NCBI GenBank assembly: GCA_963823655.1
Contig: CAWGMK010000013.1
Span: 448,001-512,000, forward strand
Source of the DNA: an uncultured Bacillota bacterium
Lineage (GTDB): Bacteria; Bacillota; DTU025; MWDF01
Length of the DNA: 64,000 nt
Reading direction: 5' to 3'
Shown here: in pieces, positions 22,083 through 33,089 of the stretch
Layout of the letters: each line of letters starts with the position of its first letter
Position numbering within the stretch: the stretch's first letter is position 1
Made by a program: the position numbers and the translations under genes
Notes under the pieces: generated by a model
The model's database searches: none
Told to the model about the DNA's origin: nothing
The model's input: the letters and a program-made list of their open reading frames with translations, nothing else

Positions 22083-23170
22083 ATGGATTTCGTATTGCCG
22101 AGATATAGGCACCCGAGCTTCGAAGGCGCACAGTTCAAGAGCGCCCCTGATGCCAGGTTCGAGCCTGCACCGGACGCCGGCATTGCCCCTGACAACTTCC
22201 ATGCGACATCGATATATCCTGAGTACTTCAAAGTGCAGGGCCAGTGGAAGCTCGCTCCCGTGAGCCGCATGGATTGCGCAGTGGTGCAAAAAGGCGAAGA
22301 GCTGCTCATTACGGAAATCCGCAGGATAGAAAAGGGCGAACTTGTTCTTGTCGGGCGCAATGACGATCATACTGAGGGCATATATATCCACAGCGATCCT
22401 TTCGAGACCGACAGAAAGCAGCTTGGAGACCCATTCTCCTTCCGCAGCAGCAGGTCGCGCGAGACGCCTATGTCCAGGGATTACGAGTGCCTGGAGGCTC
22501 TTCTGGACCATGAAAGCGACTACGGCCACATCTCATGGGTCCTGGGTCCCGCCGTTGTCTTCGACCATTACTCCAGGCAGGTCATGGCGGGCCTTATCCA
22601 GGCGGGCTACGTCCACTCCATCCTAGCGGGCAATGCAGTAGCCACACATGATATCGAAGGCGCGGTATTCGGCACAGCGCTCGGCAACGACATTCACACC
22701 AATATGCCGGTGCCCAAGGGCCATTACTGCCATATCGATACAATAAACATGATCAAATCAGCCGGTTCCATAGAGGAGTTCATAAAGCAGCGGCAGATCA
22801 CCGACGGCATCATGGCGGCGTGCGTAAGGCATGGCGTGCCATATGTCCTGGCGGGCTCCATAAGAGACGACGGCCCCCTTCCTGAGGTCCACCGCAATGT
22901 TTATGAAGCCCAAGACGCGATGCGCAAATACACAGACAAGGCAACGACGATAATCTGCATGGCGACGCAGCTTCATTCGATTGCCACGGGCAACATGACC
23001 GGCATGCTTTAGAAAAGTCGGGGATGAGATCTCGGCCGGTCTACTTCTACATAGTCGATACGACGGAGTTTGCAGCAAACAAGCTTAAGGACCGCGGCTC
23101 GCTCAGCGCAATCGCGATAACCACAAATGTCCATGACTTCCTGGGGAACATCTCCCGGCGCCTTCTGTAA
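22083..23170 (+). CDS. TIGR00300/LOR-SDH-like protein, putative ornithine cyclodeaminase (ArgZ/AgrE C-terminal-like; frameshifted near 23005)
   Basis: APDNFHATS, RMDCAVV, GNAVATHDIE, VLAGSIRDDGPLP, LHSIATGNM, NKLKDRGS. Confidence 0.75.
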
Positions 23171-23261
23171 GCTGCCATCATCTTACCCGGGCCAACACGG
23201 CCCGGGCTTTACTTTTGCCGCTTTATATTCATATATTCTTATATATTGATATATCATTCGT

Positions 23262-23296
23262 AAAAGAAATCGGCCCTCTTTTCAGGAAGGGCCGAT
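23262..23296 (-). terminator. Intrinsic terminator of the dehydrogenase gene
   Basis: ATCGGCCCT...AGGGCCGAT with T-rich tail on the minus strand. Confidence 0.6.
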
Positions 23297-23316
23297 CGGA
23301 CTTTATTTGAGTCTTC

Positions 23317-24279
23317 TTACTTCTTGTTGACTACGTTGACGGGGCTGCCCGCCTTGAAGCGGGCCAGGTTGTCTATGGCAGTCGCAATGAGCCTGGTCCT
23401 TGCTTCCTTCTGGGCTCCTGCGATATGTGGCGTGATTACGGTGTTCTTCGCGGACAGCAGGGGATTGTCTGCCTTTGGAGGTTCTACGGAAATAACGTCA
23501 AGTCCAGCAGCGCTTACCTTGCCGCTGTTAAGCGCGTCCGCCAGGTCCTGATCGACTACGAGAAGGCCTCTTGAAGTATTGATGATCTTGACCCCGTCCT
23601 TCATCTTCGCGATGGAGTCTTTATTGATCATGCCCTTGTTGGACTCGAACAGCGGGCAATGGAGGCTAATAACATCCGACTTAGCATACAGCTCATCCAG
23701 CTCGACGTATCTTACGCTGTCGCTTTCAAGCGAGGCGTCCTTATGGTTGTCGTTTGCGAGCACTTTCATGCCCAAGGCTAGGGCGATCCTGCCCACTGCC
23801 TGCCCTATCTTGCCGAAGCCTATGATGCCTATGGTCTTTCCTGCCAGCTCGTTAAGCGGGTAATCCCAGTAGCAGTAGTCCAGGCACTTGGACCACTTCC
23901 CGCTCTTGACGCTTTCGCTGTGGCCTTCTACGTGCAGCATGAGGGCCAGAAGCAGCGCGATGGCATGCTGAGAGACGGCATTGGTGCCGTAAGTGGGCAC
24001 ATTGGCCACAGCAATTCCAAGATCCCTTGCTGCATCAACATCCACAACATTATAGCCGGTCGCCAGGACCCCGATGTATTTCAGATCCGGCAGAGCTTCT
24101 AGTGTCGCCCTTGTCATAGGGGCCTTATTCAGCAATATGGCAGTGGCGCCCTTCGCCCTTTCGACTATCTGATCAAGCGGCGTCCTGTCGTACACTTCGA
24201 CTTCGCCCAGCTCATAGAGCGGCTTCCAAGAAATATCCCCGGGGTTTACAGTATACCCGTCCAGAACTACGATCTTCAT
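23317..24279 (-). CDS. D-2-hydroxyacid dehydrogenase (glycerate dehydrogenase-like)
   Basis: LATGYNVVD, GIIGFGKIG, ISLHCPL, INTSRG, DV..EP, TPHIA. Confidence 0.92.
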   Translation of the reverse strand: MKIVVLDGYTVNPGDISWKPLYELGEVEVYDRTPLDQIVERAKGATAILLNKAPMTRATLEALPDLKYIGVLATGYNVVDVDAARDLGIAVANVPTYGTNAVSQHAIALLLALMLHVEGHSESVKSGKWSKCLDYCYWDYPLNELAGKTIGIIGFGKIGQAVGRIALALGMKVLANDNHKDASLESDSVRYVELDELYAKSDVISLHCPLFESNKGMINKDSIAKMKDGVKIINTSRGLLVVDQDLADALNSGKVSAAGLDVISVEPPKADNPLLSAKNTVITPHIAGAQKEARTRLIATAIDNLARFKAGSPVNVVNKK

Positions 24280-24356
24280 CCGAAACCTCCTGAAAAATCA
24301 TTCTAACTATAGATTATCCGATATTGAGGGGCTTGCTTCAAGTGCAAAGCCTTCCA

Positions 24357-25693
24357 CTAACCCTTCTCCACGCTTTCTATGTACTTCTCGACGTCGAACT
24401 TGCTCCTTGCGCCTTCGTACGACATATACCTGATCATGCCGAAGATGGGCCTCTCCCCCCATGGCCTGTCGTGCACGCCTCCAATTGACCATGCAATGCC
24501 TGCATAGCCGTTCGGGTCCCTGCCGTCCAGGCTGTACGAGTCATTTAGGCGCAAGGCCTTATTCATTGCACGAATCCGGAGAATCGGACCATTCCAGGAT
24601 CTTCTTCGCCCAATACATCCTCAGATAGCCCGGCATCGCGCCAACCCTTATCATCTGGCGCTGCGCAGCGTTCCACAGCCTGTCATGCGTCCTTGATGCC
24701 TCCAGCTCCTCATAGCTGTAGTCGTAGTCTCTCATGTCGCTCCTATGCTTATCGAGCGTACCCCTCGCCCAGGGGGGAAAGCTGCCTGCACTGTCATACT
24801 CCTCGCAATAGCGGCAGAAGTTCTCCGCAAGCTCGCGCCTTATGAAGGCCTGTTCTATGAATTCCTCCGAACCGGGCCCCGCGTGAAGCATCGCCTCCGT
24901 AACCACCCTCTCGCGCTTATCTGACCGAAGTGGATATATGGTGAAAGCCCAGATTGAGCCCCTTCATTGGGATCGTTGGAGACGGGATAACGGGGAGAGT
25001 CCTCAATTCCAGAAACTGGGCAAGCCTGTGCATGGCAGCCCTCTCGCCTGAAGTAATACCGCCAAAGCCATTCCCCACTCCAAGCAGCCGCAGCTCCTTT
25101 TTATTCAGATTGCCTCACTTGCCTTGCCCATCCCCTTCGAAGGCAATGGGTGGGCAGCTAAAGGAGGAACCGGATCAAGGAACTCACTCATCAGCCTGTT
25201 CAACTTCGGCCTTATAGTGTAAGCGGCATACTCCCTCTTTCCGGAGGCAATCGTAACCGGCACAATATTGTGCGAGTCGACAACATGATTCTTCACGTCA
25301 GACAGGTTTTCCAGCTCGGACTTCCACGAGCGCGACGGCCTAAGCGGGCTTGCATCCATTACAATCAGGCCGGCCCCAATGCGCCTGCTAAAAGCGGCTA
25401 CCTCCCTGCCCGGGCTTCCTTTCAGAAGGCAAAAAGGGATCCCGCGCTCTTCCAGCTTATCTGCCACTTCCATTAATCCGCGCAGCATGAAGGCATAATG
25501 GCCGGAAGAGGCGCGCTTAATCTCATCTGTGAGGCAGAACGCCACGTTAAGCTGCCTTCCGGCGTTGATTGCCCATTGTTGGGCATATGCCGAGCCCAGT
25601 TATCCTTGCTCCTTTGCTCCCCTGCTCATCCAATAAAGGACAGGTCCCTGCCCTGTCCTCTTGCTTGTTGTGCTGATTTCCTCTTGGATCCAT
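24357..25693 (-). CDS. phr: Class II CPD photolyase (several frameshifts)
   Basis: [74 protein letters not shown]. Confidence 0.88.
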
Positions 25694-25701
25694 TGGGGAG
25701 A

Positions 25702-26684
25702 TCAAATCCTTTCGACTTTAAGGTACTTTCCAAGGTCTCCGCAGATTTCAAGCCCAGTGTTCCCGCTTGTCCCCTCGAAAACAAGGCCTTCCGAGCGGTC
25801 GGTAAGCCTTACTTTAACAACCGCGGTAATGCTCTCCTTTATCACCCTTGTCATCATGCCGTTCTTGGGCGCTGCCAGCTCACCCGCCTTGTCATATGAC
25901 GCCTCAAGCTCCAAAAGAAGCCGGCCCTTCGTAACCGCGGCCTCCAGCGAAGCCTCCCCCCACCCTCACATGGCGCGTTCTTGCGAAATTGTAGGTGGCG
26001 AAAAGCATGAACTTGCCGTCAATAAGCAGGAATGAGATAAGCCCCGGGAAGTGCCTGCCCAGCCAAGGTATGCTTGCCAGCGAGAACATGAAGGAGGCAG
26101 GTTTTTCGAAGTGGTTGGCCTGCATCCAGGTCCACGCGTCAGGAAAAGACCTGCCCCAGTCCTTCTCGATGTAGCCTTCCCCGCCTGAGAAATCCGTCTC
26201 TTCGCCGTCAACAAACATCGATCCGCTTATCGTATGGCTGATATTTACGACACCATGGTAGCACTCCATGCCCGGGGCGAAGGTAAACGGCCCCATTATG
26301 CCGGGGAAGGGCCGCCTTTTTTCTGGGAATCTCAATATGTTCGAAAAGCCTATGTCGGCATTGATGCACCCGCTTGTGGTCTGCAAGGCGCAACCTCATG
26401 CCCTGCCTGCTGAACGAGTTGGGGCCAATTCTCACGTCGAAAAGGCCATCTGCAGCGTTGAATTCTGCCACAGGATACCTGAAATAGTGGACCTTTCCTG
26501 TAACTGCGTTTATACACTGCACAAAAGCGTGCAATTCCTCAAGGCTGCCCCCGAGCGAAATCCCGGGGATCACTGCAAATGCATTCTTGCGCCCCTTGTC
26601 TATAAGCTTGAAATACCACCCCTCGAAGTAGTGCCTCCTTCTTAATGAACCCTGGAAGACCTCTGGGTGCCATGACTTCAGCAT
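25702..26684 (-). CDS. Tocopherol cyclase family protein (2 frameshifts)
   Basis: YFEGWYFK, GIMGPF...MECYHG, GYIEKDWGRSFP..W.W.Q.NHF, LAAPKNG.M...IKES. Confidence 0.8.
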
Positions 26685-26849
26685 CGGAACCTACCCCCGG
26701 AACATCTTAGTAACGCCCAATTCAAACATCAAAATCAAAATTCTACAAGATTCCCGTAAAGGACAGCCGACTCACAACGGGGCTTTTCAGCGCAGCTATG
26801 CCCGGTCGGGCCGCAGTAATGCAATCACCGGCCGGGCATTAGTAAGGGC

Positions 26850-27187
26850 TTACAATGTGACTATAGTGTAACCTTCGTCAATGTAGCTGGCCATGGGGGA
26901 TGGCCGCTCATATCCCCGTTCAATTTGTAGCCGTTTACCTCAAGGTAATCGTGTGCACCAGTTGCCCTTGAGCATGCTTTGCAGACACAGTCTATCAGGC
27001 CCTCCTCCTTGGCTTTTAGAAGCAGGCTTCCTTTTGCCTCATCCATGTCTTTCAAGGTCTTGGTGGCAGTACCCTCGACAACTATAAGGGCTTCATGCCC
27101 CCCCTTCCTTAATTCCAGCGCGTTAAGGATCACATGCGAAAAGCACATTGTCTCGCCCTTGAAGGCGAAGAATGCGAACTTGCCCAT
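26850..27187 (-). CDS. DsrE/DsrF-like small protein (frameshift near the 3' end)
   Basis: GETMCFSHVILNAL...EGTAT...CVCKACS...MSGHP; corrected end GYTIVTL-TAA. Confidence 0.7.
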
Positions 27188-27336
27188 GATCAGCCCTCCT
27201 TTTATGTAAAAATCGATTGCATGTCGTATTATTGTATAGTTTAATATTTCTGCATTACATGGGATTCACCTGCAAGCGCAAAACGGTCCCTGCAATTGAC
27301 TTAGCCTGCCGTAATGGCAGGACATGAGGAGAAACC

Positions 27337-28146
27337 ATGGGAGAAAATGATGTAATCAGCCTTTCTGCGCAGCCCTGGTCATCGGCCGATGTGGAGTCCA
27401 TGTCAAGGCTGCTCGGAATAGGCGAAGGGGATACGGTCATCGTCCACACCAAGATGTCCTCGATGGGCTGGGTCTGCGGCGGAGCGCAGGCGGTCATCGA
27501 GGGTCTTGTAGCGGCAGTCGGCGAATCCGGAACGCTTGTGCTTCCCGCGCATTCAGGCGGCAACAGCGATCCTTCTTTCTGGAGCAACCCTCCGGTGCCA
27601 GAAGCCTGGTGGGACAGGATACGAGAGACGATGCCCGCATTCGACCCCCGCAAGACTCCGATAAGAGGAGTGGGTTCCGTACCGGAGCTTTTCAGGACAT
27701 GGCCGGGTGCACTTCGCTCGAACCATCCCACCGCATCATTCGCGGCGCTGGGTAAGCAGGCCCTTTTCATTACTTCAGGCCATGAATCGCTCATGGCGTT
27801 CGGCGAGGACTCCTCTCTTGCAAGAGTCTATGAGCTGGACGGCAAGGTCTTGCTGATAGGAGTCGGCCACGACAACAATACTTCCATGCATCTGGGCGAG
27901 TTCAGATCGGGTACCTGCAAGACCATGGTGCAGGGAGCGGCAATCATGAAGGACGGAAGGCGACAATGGGTCAGCTTCGATGAGATCGATATGGATTCGG
28001 ACAGATTTCCCGCTATAGGAGCCGCTTTTGAAGAAGCCGGGGGCATCGTGTCCCGTGGCAAGATATGCCAGGCCGATTGCTTGCTGTTCAGGCAGAGAGC
28101 CATCGTGGACTTCACGGCAAGTTTCCTGCGGGCAATGAAGGAATAG
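27337..28146 (+). CDS. AAC(3)/YokD family N-acetyltransferase
   Basis: IVHTKMSSMGWVCGG, SDPSFWSNPPVP, RSNHPTASF, NTSMHLGE. Confidence 0.9.
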   Translation: MGENDVISLSAQPWSSADVESMSRLLGIGEGDTVIVHTKMSSMGWVCGGAQAVIEGLVAAVGESGTLVLPAHSGGNSDPSFWSNPPVPEAWWDRIRETMPAFDPRKTPIRGVGSVPELFRTWPGALRSNHPTASFAALGKQALFITSGHESLMAFGEDSSLARVYELDGKVLLIGVGHDNNTSMHLGEFRSGTCKTMVQGAAIMKDGRRQWVSFDEIDMDSDRFPAIGAAFEEAGGIVSRGKICQADCLLFRQRAIVDFTASFLRAMKE

Positions 28147-28221
28147 GGCGGCTTTGTGTGGAATTTTCTTTAGGAACGAAGGCTTTCGGGCCCGGACTTA
28201 AGAATAGGTGGATTTGGACCT

Positions 28222-29839
28222 ATGACAGATACGATGCCAGCAAATGCACAGGAGCTTTTAAATCAGGCAGAGGTCCTAAGCCGGACCAGCACAAGCGCGG
28301 CAATCGCGAAGGCCAAGCTCGCCTACTCGGCTGCGCTCGATGCGAACGACCAGCTTACAAGGCTGAAGTCCCTGATAATGATGGGGCGTTGCTCTTTCAT
28401 GTCGGGCCGTACGGGCGATGCCATCAAATGGCTGTTGGAGTGCATCTCGACGGCGGATACCCTAAACATGCCCGAGCAGATGGCGGAGGCTTTCAATCAG
28501 CTTGGAAACACTTACCTGGTAATCAAGGACTACGGCAGGTCCATATCATGCTACCTTGACTCTCTGGATATCATGAAGGACAACGGATTTGAGAGTATGG
28601 AAAGCCGCGTGCTGAACAATATCGGCGCGCTGTACCTTGATCTGGAGGATCTCGACCACGCCGCCGACTACTTCCAGCAATCCTATGAGATGGACGCATC
28701 CACATCCCAGAAATCCGTGATACTCCTTTTGAACCTGGCAAGCATCTACGCCAAGAAAAAGGCCTTCGAGAAGGCCGACTTCTATATGAAGAAGGCACAA
28801 GAGGCCCTTACCGAGCCTGAAGACCTGCTGATGCTGTCCTGGTTCTACCTGACAGACGGCGAGGTGGCCCAGGCGAAAGACGACATAGAGGCCGCCATCA
28901 AGCATTACAAGGCCGCTTTCGATATTTTGAGCAAGACGGGCGACGCCTTCAACGAATGCGACATGAGCATCAGGATAGGCCTGCTGCTGCTCGATGCTGG
29001 CAGGTGCGACGAGGCTCTTGAGGTCCTTCTGCAGACATACGAGAAATGCAACATGTTCAAAGTCCATGAAACCAGCAAGAAGATAGCCGGGCTGATCGCC
29101 AGGTGCTACAGCAATGTTCGCGAGGACGAGAAGGCCCTCAGATTCTATATACTCCAGAGCATGCACACCGAGCAGTCCGAAAAGGAGCACATTGAAAACC
29201 AGAGGAAGAGCGTCCTTTTGCAGGTCCAGCAGCATGAGACCAACCTGGAAAGGCTCAGGCTCAAGCAGCTGAGCGAGGAGCTCATGAGGACCACCGACGA
29301 GCTCAAGGAGGCATATGCCACGCTGGAGAGGCAGGCGATAATCGACTCCCTTACCGGCATCAGGAACAGAAGGTCTATGGATTCGCTGCTTGACTCGACA
29401 TGGAAGCAGTGCCAGGACGAGAGCCTGCCCTTTACTTTGATGCTTGTGGACCTGGACTGTTTCAAGAACTTCAACGACTATTACGGCCATCCGGCCGGCG
29501 ACGAAAACCTAAGGATAATCGCTTCCTGCCTAACCGAGGCCATCGGTGACGAGAGGCTCATCGGCAGGTACGGCGGTGACGAATTCGTCGCCGTACTGCC
29601 CGACGTAAGCGGCGAAGAGGCAAGGAATATCGGCAACAAGATGCTGGATAATGTAAGGTCCAAGAATCAAACACGAGCGCAATGACGCTTCAAGCATACA
29701 GACTGTCACTGTCGGCGCAATATGCCTCGTCCCAAGCCGGGACGATGTCCCAGGTTCGGCCCTGCATATGGCGGATACCGCGCTGTACGACGGCAAAAAA
29801 CAGGGCAAGGACAGGCTGGTCCTCTACTGCAGGGAATAG
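28222..29839 (+). CDS. TPR-repeat diguanylate cyclase (frameshifted near 29670)
   Basis: Several TPRs (NQLGNTY, NNIGALY), coiled coil, DSLTG..NRR, DLDCFK..ND.YGH..GD, RYGGDEF; tail ADTALYDGKKQGKDR in a shifted frame. Confidence 0.88.
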
Positions 29840-29851
29840 GAGATGTAAAGC

Positions 29852-30316
29852 ATGCCCGATTTTATGGGAATTGCCATCGAAGAGGCCAAGGCCGGAGTCC
29901 TGAAGGGGCACGGCGGCCCATTCGGCGCTTGTATAGTAAAGGACGGAAAGCTGATTTCATCGGCGCATAACCAGGTCCTCAGATACAACGACCCCACCTT
30001 GCACGCTGAGATGCAGGCCATAAGCGAAGCTGCCAGAAAGCTGGGCCGCTTCGACCTGTCCGATTGCGAGCTATATACAAGCTGCGAGCCCTGCCCCATG
30101 TGCCTTGGCGCCATATACTGGTCGAGGATCAAGAAGGTCTACTTCGCCGGCACAAGGGACGACGCCGCAGACGCAGGCTTCGACGACAGGAAGTTCTATG
30201 AGGACATGGGAAGCGGCGGCTGCCCCGACGGCGTAGAGCTTAAACAAATCGACAGGGAACGCGCCATGGAGGCGTTCTCCTCATGGAACAGCAAACCGGA
30301 CAGGAAGATATACTAA
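29852..30316 (+). CDS. Nucleoside deaminase (guanine deaminase-like, CDA superfamily)
   Basis: GGPFGA, DPTLHAE, SCEPCPMC, AGFDD. Confidence 0.88.
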   Translation: MPDFMGIAIEEAKAGVLKGHGGPFGACIVKDGKLISSAHNQVLRYNDPTLHAEMQAISEAARKLGRFDLSDCELYTSCEPCPMCLGAIYWSRIKKVYFAGTRDDAADAGFDDRKFYEDMGSGGCPDGVELKQIDRERAMEAFSSWNSKPDRKIY

Positions 30317-30335
30317 GCCGCATCAAGGAGGACAG

Positions 30336-30989
30336 TTGAAGCCGAAAGTCACCATATTCAGCATGATTACGCTCGACGCCGGCTATGTCTCCGGCTTACT
30401 TGACGTGGACTTGTACTATGAGGCCGGCTACGCGCTCGGGGCGGATGCCGTCATGGCAGGCGCCGACAGCATGCTCGAAGGGCTTGCGGGCTTCGGACAG
30501 GCTCCGTGCGATGAGACGCTTCCGGAAGAGAAACGTCACGACTTCAACCTTCCCTGGCTGGTCATAACCGACAGCCGCGCAAGGCTTATGGGCAAGCTGG
30601 GCCACTACAGGAATATGGAGTATGTACGAGACGTCCTGGTCCTGGTCTCAAAGGCGACGCCCAAAGAATATATCGATTACCTTGAGAAGAACTCATATGA
30701 ATACTACGTATCGGGCGATGACAGGTGCGATATGTCAGAAGCCCTAGATCAGCTGAATCTGTATTGCCACATCGAGCATATAAGGGTCGATGCCGTCGGC
30801 AGCCTTGCGGCTTCGCTGCTTAACGAGGGCCTGGCGGATGAGCTATGTGTAATCCTTGCCCCTTACTTGCTGCAATCCCCTTCTCTAAGGGCATTCGATG
30901 GCCTTAATAAAGACATCCGCCTCTTCCCGGTCTCGTCTGGGCCGCTTAGAAACGGCTACTTGATCACTACGTACAAAATAGAAAAGTAG
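30336..30989 (+). CDS. RibD C-terminal/DHFR-like reductase
   Basis: SMITLD, DAVMAGADS, ITDSRAR, LLNEGLADEL. Confidence 0.75.
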   Translation: MKPKVTIFSMITLDAGYVSGLLDVDLYYEAGYALGADAVMAGADSMLEGLAGFGQAPCDETLPEEKRHDFNLPWLVITDSRARLMGKLGHYRNMEYVRDVLVLVSKATPKEYIDYLEKNSYEYYVSGDDRCDMSEALDQLNLYCHIEHIRVDAVGSLAASLLNEGLADELCVILAPYLLQSPSLRAFDGLNKDIRLFPVSSGPLRNGYLITTYKIEK

Positions 30990-31101
30990 CGGAAAGCAAG
31001 CGAAACGGCCCGGAGCATAATCTGCATTCACATGCCGGGCAGTACATTTTTGCGCGCTTCGTTTTGTTTACCTACAATTATTGCCACCTTCGCCGTTCGC
31101 C

Positions 31102-32316
31102 CTATAAGCCTGCCAGGGAGCCGAGGAAATCCTCGCAGATGTCCTTCTTGTCCTCTATTCCTACCGACACTCTTATCAAGCCCTCGCTGATGCCAAGCTT
31201 TAGCCTCTCCTGTTCGCCTAAGCCCCTGTGCGATGTTGACGCCGGGTGGCTCACTGTCGTAGCATAGCTTCCCAGGCTCGGGACGAATGAGGCCATCTTG
31301 AAGCCCGATATGAGCTTGTCCACGGCAGCCCTGCCGCCTTTGAGCTCAAAGCTGAGCATTCCGCCGAAACCGTTCTTAAGAAGCCTGTTTGCCGCGCTTC
31401 CCCGCTTGCGGCCCTCAATTCCGGGATAATATACCTTCTCTACCTTCTCCGACTTCTCAAGTGCCTGGGCAAGCGCTGCGGCGTTCTCGCAGTGCCTGGC
31501 CATCCTAACGCCAAGGGTCCTCATGCCCCTGAGCAACAGCCATGCCTCAAAGGGGGAAAGAACGGGGCCGAAGAGCGTCTTCGCGCTTCTTATGGCGTCA
31601 ATCAGCTGCTTAGAATCTGCCGCCGACTCCCCCACCGATACCGTCCCCGCCATCACGTCATCATGCCCGTTCATATATTTCGTGCAGCTGTGAATGCTTA
31701 TGTCCGCACCTAGTTCAAGCGGCTTCAGAAGCAATGGCGTGGCGAAAGTGTTGTCGACTGCAAGCAATGCGCCCGCGGCATGGGCCAATTCCGCAAGCTT
31801 AGGTATATCGGCCACTTCCATCAGCGGATTCGATATGCACTCGCAAAACAGCAGCCTGGCACCTGGCGCCAGCGCCTTTTCCACCGCCTTGAGGTCGGTG
31901 ATGTCTACGAATTCCGCGCTCACGCCCCGCCTTTTATGCTCGGCAGCCAGCATGCTCCTGGTCGCGCCGTACAATATGGAAGCCGAGACTATCCGCTCGC
32001 CTGGACTTACCGCCCCTTCAAAGGCAATCGCCGTCGCAGCCATGCCGGATGCACATGCTACGCTACCCGAGCTTCCCTCAAGCTCGTCCACGAGCTCTTC
32101 TACCGCCTCAACGCTGGGATTCGCCATCCTCGAATAGACATATCCCCTGTCTTTGCCGGTCCATACGTCGTCAACCTGGTCGAGCCCGCTGAACCTGAAC
32201 ACGGCCGATGCGAAAATCGGCGCTACTTCCGGCTCAGAGGCCGACTTGCCCGACCCTCTTGCCGCGTGTACAACTGCGCTGCCCTCTGAGAGCTTCCCCT
32301 TTTTCATCAGGAACAC
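31102..32316 (-). CDS. Cys/Met metabolism PLP enzyme (methionine gamma-lyase/cystathionine lyase family)
   Basis: YSRMANP, ASGMAA, VDNTFATP, HSCTKYMNGHDD, SLG...HPASTSH, IRVSVGIE. Confidence 0.9.
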   Translation of the reverse strand: MFLMKKGKLSEGSAVVHAARGSGKSASEPEVAPIFASAVFRFSGLDQVDDVWTGKDRGYVYSRMANPSVEAVEELVDELEGSSGSVACASGMAATAIAFEGAVSPGERIVSASILYGATRSMLAAEHKRRGVSAEFVDITDLKAVEKALAPGARLLFCECISNPLMEVADIPKLAELAHAAGALLAVDNTFATPLLLKPLELGADISIHSCTKYMNGHDDVMAGTVSVGESAADSKQLIDAIRSAKTLFGPVLSPFEAWLLLRGMRTLGVRMARHCENAAALAQALEKSEKVEKVYYPGIEGRKRGSAANRLLKNGFGGMLSFELKGGRAAVDKLISGFKMASFVPSLGSYATTVSHPASTSHRGLGEQERLKLGISEGLIRVSVGIEDKKDICEDFLGSLAGL

Positions 32317-32412
32317 CTCGAATCTCAGCTTTGTATGCCTTCTATTGCCCCACCCGCCACTAACCGATAGTATTAGTAATATATTAGCATTCTAACCCAG
32401 GAGGAGGAGCAA

Positions 32413-32949
32413 ATGGCATTAGTCGAGGCGAATTACCGCGATTCGGTGTTGTTCAGGCGCCGCTCGATAAGGAAGTTCAAGGATGAGATGCCGCAGCAAT
32501 GGCAGCTTAATGCCGTTTTAGAGGCTGCGATGTGCACCCAGACCGCCTGTAACCAGATGCCTTTTGAGCTGATGCTGGTAGACGACAGGAAGTTGCTGGA
32601 CAGGCTTCAGGCGGCCCTCCCCTTTGCCAGGCTGAATACAGCGCCGGCAGCGATTTTGGTCATGTCGCAGCCGAACTGGAAAGTAAGGATTCACCCGTGC
32701 GGCATGTTCATTCAGCAGGACCTGGCCGCCGTGAGCCATCAGATCTGCCTTGCGGCCATAGAATTCGGGCTGGGCGCATGCTGGTGCGGCCTGTTCCCTG
32801 TGAAGCTCATGGCATCGGCCGCGGCCAAAGTGCTGGGCATACCGTCCGATGTGATGGTAGTTTCGATAATCCCCATCGGCATTCCGGCCGAGCAGAAGGA
32901 GCCCAATTCGAAGTGGATGCCAGAGAAGCTGCACAGGAACGGTTACTGA
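32413..32949 (+). CDS. Nitroreductase family protein
   Basis: RRSIRKF, NQMP, QDLAA...GLGACWCG; GGAGGAGG RBS. Confidence 0.88.
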   Translation: MALVEANYRDSVLFRRRSIRKFKDEMPQQWQLNAVLEAAMCTQTACNQMPFELMLVDDRKLLDRLQAALPFARLNTAPAAILVMSQPNWKVRIHPCGMFIQQDLAAVSHQICLAAIEFGLGACWCGLFPVKLMASAAAKVLGIPSDVMVVSIIPIGIPAEQKEPNSKWMPEKLHRNGY

Positions 32950-33024
32950 GAACATTGCTGTTAAAGATATTTATGCTCATATGGCAATATGCGGATATGG
33001 GTAAAAATGATAAATTTTTGCAGC

Positions 33025-33053
33025 TTGAAGGATTATCGGTGCCAAATTAGAAT
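33025..33053 (+). promoter_or_regulatory. SigA-type promoter of the putative peptide-signalling operon
   Basis: TTGAAG-17 nt-TAGAAT. Confidence 0.55.
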
Positions 33054-33089
33054 ATAGTATTTGTTATATGTAGCCATTTGGAGGTACGG

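Noticed and set aside
26798-26840. ATGCCCGGTCGG...CCGGCCGGGCAT hairpin and similar GC-rich stems near 23186 and 31007 as a repeat family
   Set aside because: Similarity is limited to a short CCCGG core; explained as gene-end hairpins
28546-29490. Long antisense ORFs (also 21597..22529, 52114..52854 and many others)
   Set aside because: They shadow well-supported genes on the opposite strand, as expected from codon bias in GC-rich DNA
32317-32412. SAM riboswitch or T-box ahead of the Cys/Met lyase
   Set aside because: Spacer under 100 bp, divergent, with no S-box or T-box consensus
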